Part shown: positions 1-8,119 of the stretch, piece by piece
Layout: the number at the start of each line of letters is the position of its first letter
Numbering within the stretch: position 1 is the first letter of the stretch
NCBI GenBank assembly: GCA_963674735.2
Contig: CAXXQS010000001.1
Location: 320,001 to 384,000 of the forward strand
Direction: 5' to 3'
Length of the DNA: 64,000 bases
From: Myxococcota bacterium
Lineage (GTDB): Bacteria; Myxococcota_A; SURF-8
Position numbers and translations under genes: made by a program
The notes under the pieces: generated by a model
Told to the model about the DNA's origin: nothing
The model's input: the letters and a program-made list of their open reading frames with translations, nothing else
Database searches by the model: none

Positions 1-383
1 CCCAAACCGCGCAAGGCGATCTTCATCATTTCGATATACTGCCCCGTCACGCGTTGAAAGGTGGTTTTATCGATCATCAGGACGGACGAATCCTCGGCGG
101 CGATAACGGAGGCCGGATATTTTCCGCCGTCGTAGAGCGGTTCTTCCATGAATCGTTCGCCGGATGTGGCGATATCCAGAATCACGTCCTTTCCGACGGA
201 GGTATGCTTGACGATTTTGACTTTGCCGCGATGCAACAGGTGAAAATGCGAGCACGTTTCGTCTTCGTGACAGATGACATCGCCCTTTTTATATTCTTTC
301 AAGACCGCCATGCGAGCCAGCAGACCCAGATCGATCGGGGAGATCGGGTCGAAGATGTCGTATTTCTTGAGAATTTCTTTCAT
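1..383 (-). CDS. Crp/Fnr family transcriptional regulator, N-terminal cNMP-binding domain (runs off the window start)
   Basis: Not in the ORF track. Manual translation from ATG at 383 (GAGGT RBS): MKEILKKYDIF...KKGDVICHEDETCSHFHLLHRGKVKIVKHTSVGKDVILDIATSGERFMEEPLYDGGKYPASVIAAEDSSVLMIDK, a typical cNMP-binding beta-barrel pattern. Confidence 0.85.
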   Translation of the reverse strand, partial: MKEILKKYDIFDPISPIDLGLLARMAVLKEYKKGDVICHEDETCSHFHLLHRGKVKIVKHTSVGKDVILDIATSGERFMEEPLYDGGKYPASVIAAEDSSVLMIDKTTFQRVTGQYIEMMKIALRGL

Positions 384-674
384 TTCGCCTTTACCTCACG
401 GCATCCGCCGATCACGTTTTGGATCGGCCCGGAATCTTCACAATATAAGAGTGATTACAAACGGCGATTCTTCCCATAACCGACAAAAATCATAAAACGC
501 GTGACCGTTCCACAGGAGGAACGGCTTGGGATATGTGAAAAGCGAAAAGATAACGGATAGATCGGAGAAAAAGCCGTCGAGGGGCGTGTCCAGGCAAAAC
601 TTCTTTGGAAAGATGATTTTTTTCTTTCCCGTAACCGCTGAGCGCGTTACGATACGGAACACAAGGAGAATTCA

Positions 675-1799
675 ATGAAGGACGAGATCAAGCGACTCAA
701 GCAGCGAATCCGGGAACTTGAAGACGAAAACGGCCGGTATCTGGCGCGGATCGAACGTCTGGAGCTCCAGGAAAACCAGCCCGCCACCGCGCACACCATC
801 CATGGCCTGGCGGTGATGGTGATTCAGATGGACAAAGACGGCCGGCTGACCTACGTCAACAGCGCCCTGGAAGAGCATCTGGGCATCAAGCGGGTCGACG
901 TGCTGGGCAAGCCTTTGTCGGCAATCGATAAAACCCGCCTGGGCGCGGGGTACCTCGACCTCATTTATTCGCAGGCGCAACAGTCCGGCGAGGAAATCCA
1001 GGCCGACCACCATTACACCGACCCGCAGACCGGCCGCCTGCGGTATGTCAAGGTGAGTGTCACCACGCAGCCAAACGGCGGGCAGATCATGGTGGAGGAT
1101 CAGTCCAACTTCAAACGGCTGGAGTCGTCGTTCAAACGCTATGTGTCGCCCAAAGTCATCGAACAGCTGCTCAACTCGGGCTTCGATTTGTTTCGCCCCG
1201 AAAAATACGAGCTCACCGTGCTGTTCGCCGACCTGCGCAATTTCACCCGCTTGTGCACGCGTTTGACGCCGGAAGAAGTGAAGTGGGTGATCGACCGCTT
1301 CCTGGGTTTGATGATGCGCGTCATTATCGAGGCGGACGCCACGGTGGATAAGGTGGTGGGCGACGAGGTGATGGCGCTGTTCGGCGCTCCCATCCGGCAC
1401 GAAGACCACGCCGTGCGGGCGGTCAACGTGGCGTTGAAGATGCAGGAAGTCCAGCGCATGCTGCAGCAGGAATGGCGCGAAGCCGGGCTGATCGACCCGC
1501 CGCTGATGGGCATCGGCATCAACACCGGCGAGATGATCGTGGGCAACATCGGTTCGGAATTGCGCATGGACTACACCGTTTTGGGCCACCACGTCAATCT
1601 GGCTTCGCGGCTGTGCAAGGCGGCCAAGGGCGGCGAGATTCTGGTTTCGCCGCGCACCTTCGAACTGACCCGCAACCAATTGCAGTCCAACCCGCAGGCC
1701 ATCACGCGCTCGGTGAAATTTCGCTCCTCTCAGGAAATCTTCGCCAAGGGCATCGATGCCCCCATCCGGCCCATCAATGTGGTGGAGGTGAAGGGCTGA
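675..1799 (+). CDS. PAS-domain class III adenylate cyclase
   Basis: N-terminal coiled coil and PAS; LTVLFADLRNFT, DKVVGDEVMALFGAP, GIGINTG, RMDYTVLGHHVNLASRL; the Lys/Asp specificity pair points to ATP; AGGAG RBS. Confidence 0.92.
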   Translation: MKDEIKRLKQRIRELEDENGRYLARIERLELQENQPATAHTIHGLAVMVIQMDKDGRLTYVNSALEEHLGIKRVDVLGKPLSAIDKTRLGAGYLDLIYSQAQQSGEEIQADHHYTDPQTGRLRYVKVSVTTQPNGGQIMVEDQSNFKRLESSFKRYVSPKVIEQLLNSGFDLFRPEKYELTVLFADLRNFTRLCTRLTPEEVKWVIDRFLGLMMRVIIEADATVDKVVGDEVMALFGAPIRHEDHAVRAVNVALKMQEVQRMLQQEWREAGLIDPPLMGIGINTGEMIVGNIGSELRMDYTVLGHHVNLASRLCKAAKGGEILVSPRTFELTRNQLQSNPQAITRSVKFRSSQEIFAKGIDAPIRPINVVEVKG

Positions 1800-2642
1800 G
1801 CCTCTTCGACTGACGTTAAAATACGATGCATAAAAAACAATAATAATACGTCGAAATGCCACGTGGTTCGGTGAAATGATGGGAAAATCGGGGGGCGACT
1901 GTGTGGCCTAGGCTGTTCTCGATGCGCGTGATGCGCTCGTTGCGCCGTTTTCAGCGTCGCCTTTTTCGCTTTTCGCGAAATCATTGGGTTTTTCGGCCTC
2001 AAAACGGGACGTAAATTCGTAAACCTATCGGAAAACCGTTATTGCCGTAATATGTCACACATGCGCGGGGCCGAGAGTCGCAGAAGGCCTGGGTGGCGAG
2101 GGGGCGGCGCGTCGAGTCGGCCTTTGATAAAGTGAAAAAGACAGGTATATCCGGTTATTTGGCTATCAGTTTCGCCGATGGCAGCCGACGACGGACACCC
2201 CTTCGAGGACGGCGGCGTGGGTCGGAATCTGCACTCATTATCATATATTAAATATATTATAGAGAAAATATTTCAGTGACGAGGGGTTATCTCGTTGATA
2301 TTATAAGGCTTTTAGCGTTTCGGTCGGATGGCCTCGAAATACCCTCGGAAATGTCGGCGAAAACTGAATAAAGTGTAAGTAATATCAGTTGGTTACGAAT
2401 GCGAGGGCAGCGACGGGGGCGTTGAAACCCCAACCCTCTGCGTCGTGGACCCTTTCTCGCGGGGGAGGACTACCAAGACAAACCTGAGGAGCATAACAGA
2501 GCCAGGCTTCTGCTTGAAAATGTGTATGGATAGTATGTATCATTATTACCGTTAATTGTGCACAATTTGGAGGAAAAGGCGGGACGAAACATCAGGTTCA
2601 AGTCGACGGGTGAGATGGAAAGAGGAAGATTGATTTAGTTGG

Positions 2643-2765
2643 GGCATTTCAACTCTGATTGAGTCTCGAATTATCTTCGATGGATGATGGGTGGCACGGG
2701 CTAAACCGTCAGGTTTGCCCGTGAAAACAGCATGGGCAAGCCAAAGGCTTGGCCCATGGCACCCC
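2643..2765 (+). repeat. Copy A of MITE/REP-doublet element (123-bp shared core, second terminus missing)
   Basis: Near-identical to the reverse complement of 23993-24115; contains palindromes GGCACGGGCTAAACC-GTCA-GGTTTGCCCGTG and CATGGGCAAGCC-AAA-GGCTTGGCCCATG. Confidence 0.9.
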
Positions 2766-2829
2766 GTAACCATCCTTCGAACTATTTTTCAATCATCGTT
2801 TGGTTACGGGTTTGGGTGTGGGTGGAATA

Positions 2830-5070
2830 TTACTCGTCGTCGGTGTTTCCGGCGAGAACGTCGGCGATGGGCAGAAGCGTGCTGCCCGGATCGAATGCGC
2901 CGTGGTAGATTCCCGATCCGTCGCCCGTGTCGAACCACCAGTTGTTCTGCGCGTCCACGACGACGCGGCTGTTGAGGGTCCAGTCGATGGCGAAAAACGC
3001 GCCCAGGTCGTCGGCCGGATCGTCGGGTGTGTCCATGGGATCGCGCAGCAAAAAGCCGCCCTCGATAAAGGTGACGATGCGCCCCGCGCCGTCGATGGCG
3101 AAGCTCGCGGACTGGCCGGTGTGCTCGTATTTCACGATCGTATCGTCGCCGGTATCGGCAGTCCCGGCAGTGTCGAGATAATGCAGACCCGACAGCGTCG
3201 TGATGAAAAACGCGCCGTCGCCGATGTGTTCGATGTGTTTGATCAGCTTCGCGCCATCGAGCAAGCCCGTTTCGGCGATGTCGTCGGCGGGGTCGAGCGG
3301 GGTGGCGTTGCAGTCGTAATAATGCAGGCCCAGCGAGTTTCCGATGAGCGCCTTGCAGCCGTCGAAAAAGGCCATGCAGTCGGCCGCCGCACCGGCATTG
3401 AAACCGAAATAATCGGTGTCGATGTTTTCGGTTTTGTCGTCGAGGGCGGTTTGCGGTGTGCCGTTGTAATCGTAGACGGCGAAGGAAATAACCGTCACGA
3501 TGGACTGCTGCACCGACGTCAGCCACAGGATGTCGCTTTCACCTTTCGCGACCATTGAAATGCTGGTGGGCGATTTCGCTTCCCAGGTCGAGAACGCGCC
3601 CGCCTCGTCCATGATCGCCAGCACTTCGCCGCCCACCAGAAGCCCGTCGGAGACGGTATCGAGCACCTGAATGTTGAAGGGCGTAAGTTTGCCCGGCGCC
3701 TCCAGCGCATAGGCGTTGAAGGCGAAAGCGTCGGGATCGCCGTCGCCGAGCTCGATGGCGACCACACCGTTGGGACCGCCGAGGAAAACCCGGTCGTCGG
3801 TGACGGTGAAGCCCGCCAGATCGTTGGCCGGAGCGAGGCCCAGATCGATGATCCGCTTGCGAACCCAGCCATCGCTGGCGGGATCGTCGGCGAGGGTGGC
3901 CGTCCCGAAATCGTTCTGGCTGGAAAACCATACAATCGACTCGTCCTGCACGACCGCCGACACCAGCTTGTTGCTGTCGTCCATGCCCAGTTGGGGTAAA
4001 AGGGTGACCGCGTCATCCGCGCCATCGGCGGTGTTCTTCGTGTCGAGCAGGAAGAAATCGCGCAGGTTGTCTTTGTAGGCCACGGCCTGCCCGGCGGCAA
4101 CGGGTATCAGCGTGTTCACCGACAGGCCGGAAGGCGCGGGCAATTCGATCCAGGTGTCATCGGCCGTATCGGACGGCGTTCCGCCGTGCCCGAAATACCA
4201 GGAGGATTCGTCGTTGACGATCCACAGACCGCTGTCGCCGTCGGCCGCCAGAGCGGTGGGGGACGGATCGGCGAAGCCGAAGGCGATTTCCGAGGTGCTG
4301 CCGCCGACCGACGCATAAAGCTTGTAGGTATCCACATCGAAAATCGTGATCCACAGGCGGTCGGCCGCATCGAGCGCGGCGTAATGGGGGCGTTTGGCCA
4401 GCATGTCGCCGTCGTCGCGATGGTCCGTGACCGTCCAGCTGTTCGGATCGTCGGGCGAATCACCGGCGGCGATTTCGAGGAAGCCGAAGGAAGTGGAGAC
4501 CCACAAGCCGTCGCCGCCATGCAGGCACAAGAGCTGAAGCAGATCGCGTCCGCCGGTCAGAGTGTCGTCGAGCGCCGCCTTGAGCACCGGGGCCGGGTCG
4601 TCATCGTCGCCGGGAGCCAGACGGAACAGGCCGGTTTTGTCGGCGAACCAGATGGCGTCGCTTCCGTCGCTGCAGGCGTCCACCACGGTCGTTGTCGGCC
4701 ATACGTCTTCGGTGAGTTCGGAACGGATCTCGCGTGTATCGTCGCTGCGATCATCGGGGGTGCCGTTCATGTCGAGCAAAACCAGGCCCGCTTTCGAGGC
4801 CGAAACAAGACGCCCTTGGCCATCGAAACTCAGATGGGAACCGTTGCCGGACAGCCATTTGGAAAGCGACAGGGAGGGCGGGATCATTTCGACTTCTTCT
4901 TCGGTGTCCATATCGCCGTCGATGTCGCTGTCGCCGTCGATGTCGCCGTCCGTCGGATTTGTATCGACGGAAAGCTTTTCGTTCTTATGGCAGCCGGAAA
5001 AGCCAAGCCCCATCATGCAAAAAACCATCAGCGCCGCTGTCGCCCAACCTGTACCGCTGCTCGCTTTCAT
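2830..5070 (-). CDS. Acidic lipoprotein, probable beta-propeller (two-component-regulator propeller/PorZ-like repeats)
   Basis: Lipobox GFSGC, DGD linker, repeated D-x-x-G/N-T-P-x-D-x-x-DD motifs and D-x-x-G-x-L/I-W blade signatures. Confidence 0.7.
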   Translation of the reverse strand: MKASSGTGWATAALMVFCMMGLGFSGCHKNEKLSVDTNPTDGDIDGDSDIDGDMDTEEEVEMIPPSLSLSKWLSGNGSHLSFDGQGRLVSASKAGLVLLDMNGTPDDRSDDTREIRSELTEDVWPTTTVVDACSDGSDAIWFADKTGLFRLAPGDDDDPAPVLKAALDDTLTGGRDLLQLLCLHGGDGLWVSTSFGFLEIAAGDSPDDPNSWTVTDHRDDGDMLAKRPHYAALDAADRLWITIFDVDTYKLYASVGGSTSEIAFGFADPSPTALAADGDSGLWIVNDESSWYFGHGGTPSDTADDTWIELPAPSGLSVNTLIPVAAGQAVAYKDNLRDFFLLDTKNTADGADDAVTLLPQLGMDDSNKLVSAVVQDESIVWFSSQNDFGTATLADDPASDGWVRKRIIDLGLAPANDLAGFTVTDDRVFLGGPNGVVAIELGDGDPDAFAFNAYALEAPGKLTPFNIQVLDTVSDGLLVGGEVLAIMDEAGAFSTWEAKSPTSISMVAKGESDILWLTSVQQSIVTVISFAVYDYNGTPQTALDDKTENIDTDYFGFNAGAAADCMAFFDGCKALIGNSLGLHYYDCNATPLDPADDIAETGLLDGAKLIKHIEHIGDGAFFITTLSGLHYLDTAGTADTGDDTIVKYEHTGQSASFAIDGAGRIVTFIEGGFLLRDPMDTPDDPADDLGAFFAIDWTLNSRVVVDAQNNWWFDTGDGSGIYHGAFDPGSTLLPIADVLAGNTDDE

Positions 5071-5098
5071 GTTTCATCCTTGCAAAAACTGAAATGAA

Positions 5099-6508
5099 TT
5101 AGAGTGACTGTTTTCTCCGCCGCCGCAGCGCCAGGACGCTCAGGGCGACCAGAAGCCACGCGCCGAACGCCGGGCCGTCGCCGACACGACACCCCGCATA
5201 ACCGTAATCGGGGTCGTAGGAGTCCTGTTCGTTCAGCGAAAATCCTCCATCGTCGCCGTCGGCGACATCGAATCCATCGTCGCCATCGGCGGGGTCGTCG
5301 CCGTCGCCGGGGTCGTCGCCGTCGGCGGGGTCGTCACCATCGGCGGGAGTGTCGCCGTCTGAGGGAATTTCGACCGGATCTTTTTGACCTTCCCACTCGA
5401 AGGTTTCGAGAATGTTGCCTTCGGAGTCCTTCGCGGTGGCTTGGACGTGTTTGCCGTTGATGTCGAAGACGACGTAATTGAAGGTCTTTTCGCAGGCGTG
5501 ATTGATGACGCCGAAATCCGGGCGCGGTTCGCAGTCGTATAGACCGGCTCCGCCGCCGCCGGCCACGATGATGTTTAACCCGTTGGGATCGGTGGCACGG
5601 TAGTAATGGTGATCATGGCCCGCAATCACCGCCCGCACGTCGTATTCGACCAGCGTCGGGGAGAGCGCACGCAAATACTGGTTGCCGCTGCGTCCCGGTT
5701 TGGCCGTATAGGGACCGATGTGCGTGTTGATGAAGACGTGCAGGGTGTGGTCGTTGGACTTGGCGTCTTCCAACACCTGGATCAACCAGTTGTATTGGAC
5801 GCTGCCGACATTGAGCGGAGCCAGAGTGGAGTCGAGCGTGATGAGGCGAATCGGTCCCCAGTCCTGGAAGAAGAAGTTTTCGTCGTATTCGCTGCCTTCG
5901 TCGCCCGAATAGGTGGGAACGTCGAAGTACTTCTTGTACTTCACGCAGTTGAGACCGTCCACGTCGTGGTTGCCGATGGCGGGGACGAGCATACGAGTCG
6001 CCATCAAGTCGCGCTCCACGTCAAAATGCATTTGCCAGCTCACTTCGTCGTCGCCGGTGCTCACCAGATCGCCGCTGTTGCTGTAGATGTCGGGATCTTC
6101 CTCCATGATGCGCGCCACCACGCGCCGGTGGTCGTTTTCACCGCTGCGCGAATCGCCGAACGCGATATAGCGAATGGGGACGTTGCGGTTCGGGGCGGTC
6201 CAGAACTGATAGACCTTACTGGTCTCGCCGCCGCTGCTTACCTGGTAGAAATAGGCGGTGTCGGGGGACAGGCCTTCGAGTTTCACAACGTGCATGGTGC
6301 CGGAGGCGGCCGGGATGCTTTCGCCGAGAGCGTCGTCGGTACCCCATTCCACGGTGCCGTCGGCATCGTTGTCGGTTTCCCAAACCACGAGGGCGGAGTT
6401 TTTACCGAGACGTTGCAGGTACGGACCCTTTTTCAACTCGGCCTGGGCGGTTGAAAGAAAGACAAGGGGAAGAACCAGAACGACGAACAAGGTGATGATG
6501 TTCTTCAT
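5099..6508 (-). CDS. Purple acid phosphatase-family metallophosphoesterase with MYXO-CTERM-like anchor
   Basis: Signal peptide, FN3-like N-domain (GPYLQ...VVWET, HVVKLEGLSPDTAYFY), GDSR, GDLV, GNHD and GHDH motifs, DGDD repeats, C-terminal GC...TM...RRRRK. Confidence 0.88.
   Translation of the reverse strand: MKNIITLFVVLVLPLVFLSTAQAELKKGPYLQRLGKNSALVVWETDNDADGTVEWGTDDALGESIPAASGTMHVVKLEGLSPDTAYFYQVSSGGETSKVYQFWTAPNRNVPIRYIAFGDSRSGENDHRRVVARIMEEDPDIYSNSGDLVSTGDDEVSWQMHFDVERDLMATRMLVPAIGNHDVDGLNCVKYKKYFDVPTYSGDEGSEYDENFFFQDWGPIRLITLDSTLAPLNVGSVQYNWLIQVLEDAKSNDHTLHVFINTHIGPYTAKPGRSGNQYLRALSPTLVEYDVRAVIAGHDHHYYRATDPNGLNIIVAGGGGAGLYDCEPRPDFGVINHACEKTFNYVVFDINGKHVQATAKDSEGNILETFEWEGQKDPVEIPSDGDTPADGDDPADGDDPGDGDDPADGDDGFDVADGDDGGFSLNEQDSYDPDYGYAGCRVGDGPAFGAWLLVALSVLALRRRRKQSL
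5277..5348 (-). repeat. 4 x 18-bp coding tandem repeat (PADGDD-type units)
   Basis: Units tcgtcgccatcggcgggg / tcgtcgccgtcgccgggg / tcgtcgccgtcggcgggg / tcgtcaccatcggcggga. Confidence 0.85.
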
Positions 6509-6537
6509 AGCGAATCCTCCTGGGTAACAAATAATCG

Positions 6538-7908
6538 CTACAGCAAGAGCTGAAGCTGGAACACGACTTCATCGTTTTTCAGGCTTTTGAGACGCTTGGC
6601 GGTGAACTCTTCCGTTTCGGCGGCTTCAAGCTCCTGTTTATGGGTGTAATTGACCATCATGCGCAACAGATCGATCGGCCACCAACTGAATCCCACCGTG
6701 ATCCAACGCAGAGCCTGATTGGCGCTTTGCGGAACCGGTTTGATCAGGTTGGTGTTGTCCGGGTCGTACCATTGATAACGAACGGCGATTTCGTATTCCC
6801 GCTTGGGAAAACTGTAACCGGCGAAGACCTGGTAACCCATGGCGTGGGTGTAGGTGTTGGAATAGTTGAGACGCTCATACTCGCTGGCGTTGATGCCGTC
6901 GTCCATTTCATGCAAAACCCATTCACCTCCGACGAACGCGCCGTAGACGTGCAGGCGCGCGTCCACCGCCACGGCCTGACGGCTGTTTTCGAAGTACTGA
7001 GCCATCGTGTTCTGCTTGTAGTAACCCGCCCCGGCTTCGATGCGAATCCGGTCGTGGATGAGTTTTTTCGTATCGACTTCGCTGCGCAGGGCCATGATGC
7101 CGATCTGCCAGTTTTCTTCCTTGGGGTTTTTCGGGTAGTAGAGCCCGCCTTCGATACTCAGCACGTCGTCGAAAAAGCCCAGCTTCAAACCGGCTCCGGC
7201 GCTGCGATGCAGGCCGATTTCGAAGGTGGCGTATTTCGCCCCGTAGGGACGGGCGTATTGCGGGCGGTCGTAAAAGTAGAGCTCGCTGTCGCTCTGCAAC
7301 TCCGCCCACATGAACGGCACTTTCTGATAGCCCATCCGCAGACGCGGGGTGAACCAGTAATTTTCCAGCGCCGCTTCGATGTAGGCGTCGGAAACGGAGG
7401 CCCCCGATGCGAAGCTGCCGGTGAATTTGTAGGCGATGGCCAAGTCCCAGTTTTTGGCAAAGGGGAAGGGATCCATGTCGCTGCGGAAACCGAGTTGCGC
7501 ATCGAAAAGCTTGAAACCGGCTCGACGCAGCACCACGTTGGTTTCGTCGTACTGTTCGTAGATCGCGCCGGTGCGCAGCAACAGGTAGGGACGCAGGTAT
7601 TTCCAGGCGGCCTGGGTCTGGCCGTCGAAGAAATCGCGCACGGAGCGATTGACCGTTTCCTGTCCCTGCTTATAAGCGGAAATTTCATCGGGGGGCGTGG
7701 CCACCTCAGGCGCGGCCGCCGGTTCCGGTTCGGGAACCGGGGTTACCGGTGCGATCGACGGCGGCGGAGCGGCTTCGCTCGCGGCTTGCGCATCCGGGTT
7801 TTCCTGAGCCGCAAGCGAGCCCATAAGCGCGAACACACTCAAGCAGGCTGCTATCCCAATGACGAAAAACGTCCGTCCCAAACCCCATTTGACCATTGAC
7901 CGCTCCAT
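6538..7908 (-). CDS. Outer-membrane porin, OprO/OprP-like
   Basis: Signal peptide, Pro-rich linker, DAYIE...RLRMGYQKVPF motif, alternating beta-strands, C-terminal VVFQLQLLL strand. Confidence 0.7.
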   Translation of the reverse strand: MERSMVKWGLGRTFFVIGIAACLSVFALMGSLAAQENPDAQAASEAAPPPSIAPVTPVPEPEPAAAPEVATPPDEISAYKQGQETVNRSVRDFFDGQTQAAWKYLRPYLLLRTGAIYEQYDETNVVLRRAGFKLFDAQLGFRSDMDPFPFAKNWDLAIAYKFTGSFASGASVSDAYIEAALENYWFTPRLRMGYQKVPFMWAELQSDSELYFYDRPQYARPYGAKYATFEIGLHRSAGAGLKLGFFDDVLSIEGGLYYPKNPKEENWQIGIMALRSEVDTKKLIHDRIRIEAGAGYYKQNTMAQYFENSRQAVAVDARLHVYGAFVGGEWVLHEMDDGINASEYERLNYSNTYTHAMGYQVFAGYSFPKREYEIAVRYQWYDPDNTNLIKPVPQSANQALRWITVGFSWWPIDLLRMMVNYTHKQELEAAETEEFTAKRLKSLKNDEVVFQLQLLL

Positions 7909-8025
7909 TATCTCTGCTAAATGCTCACAGATCGTTTCATTTGCACTATATCTGGAATTTCAAACTTGGCAATGGGTGATTCGTTAAAAATGCGTTTGGA
8001 ATGAACGTTTTAGAGTCCATCCAGT

Positions 8026-8040
8026 TTGCAATGATTGTAA
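8026..8040. promoter_or_regulatory. Possible Fur/PerR-family 7-1-7 operator upstream of the porin operon
   Basis: TTGCAAT-G-ATTGTAA inverted repeat in AT-rich intergenic DNA. Confidence 0.3.
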
Positions 8041-8119
8041 AATAGAGAAATCATTTTTGCAAGGGAGAATTCCGATCGGAAAACCGATTCATTTTAATCC
8101 ATTGAAAATAGAGAAAAAA

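Noticed and set aside
672-1862. Long antisense ORFs, here and at 6640-7899, 28775-29917, 51828-53069 and 60671-61789
   Set aside because: They overlap well-supported genes on the opposite strand, have no motifs, and are expected in GC-rich DNA
2401-2520. CRISPR array suggested by GTTGAAAC and CAAGAC ends
   Set aside because: No second matching repeat at regular spacing and no cas genes; kept only as a speculative remnant
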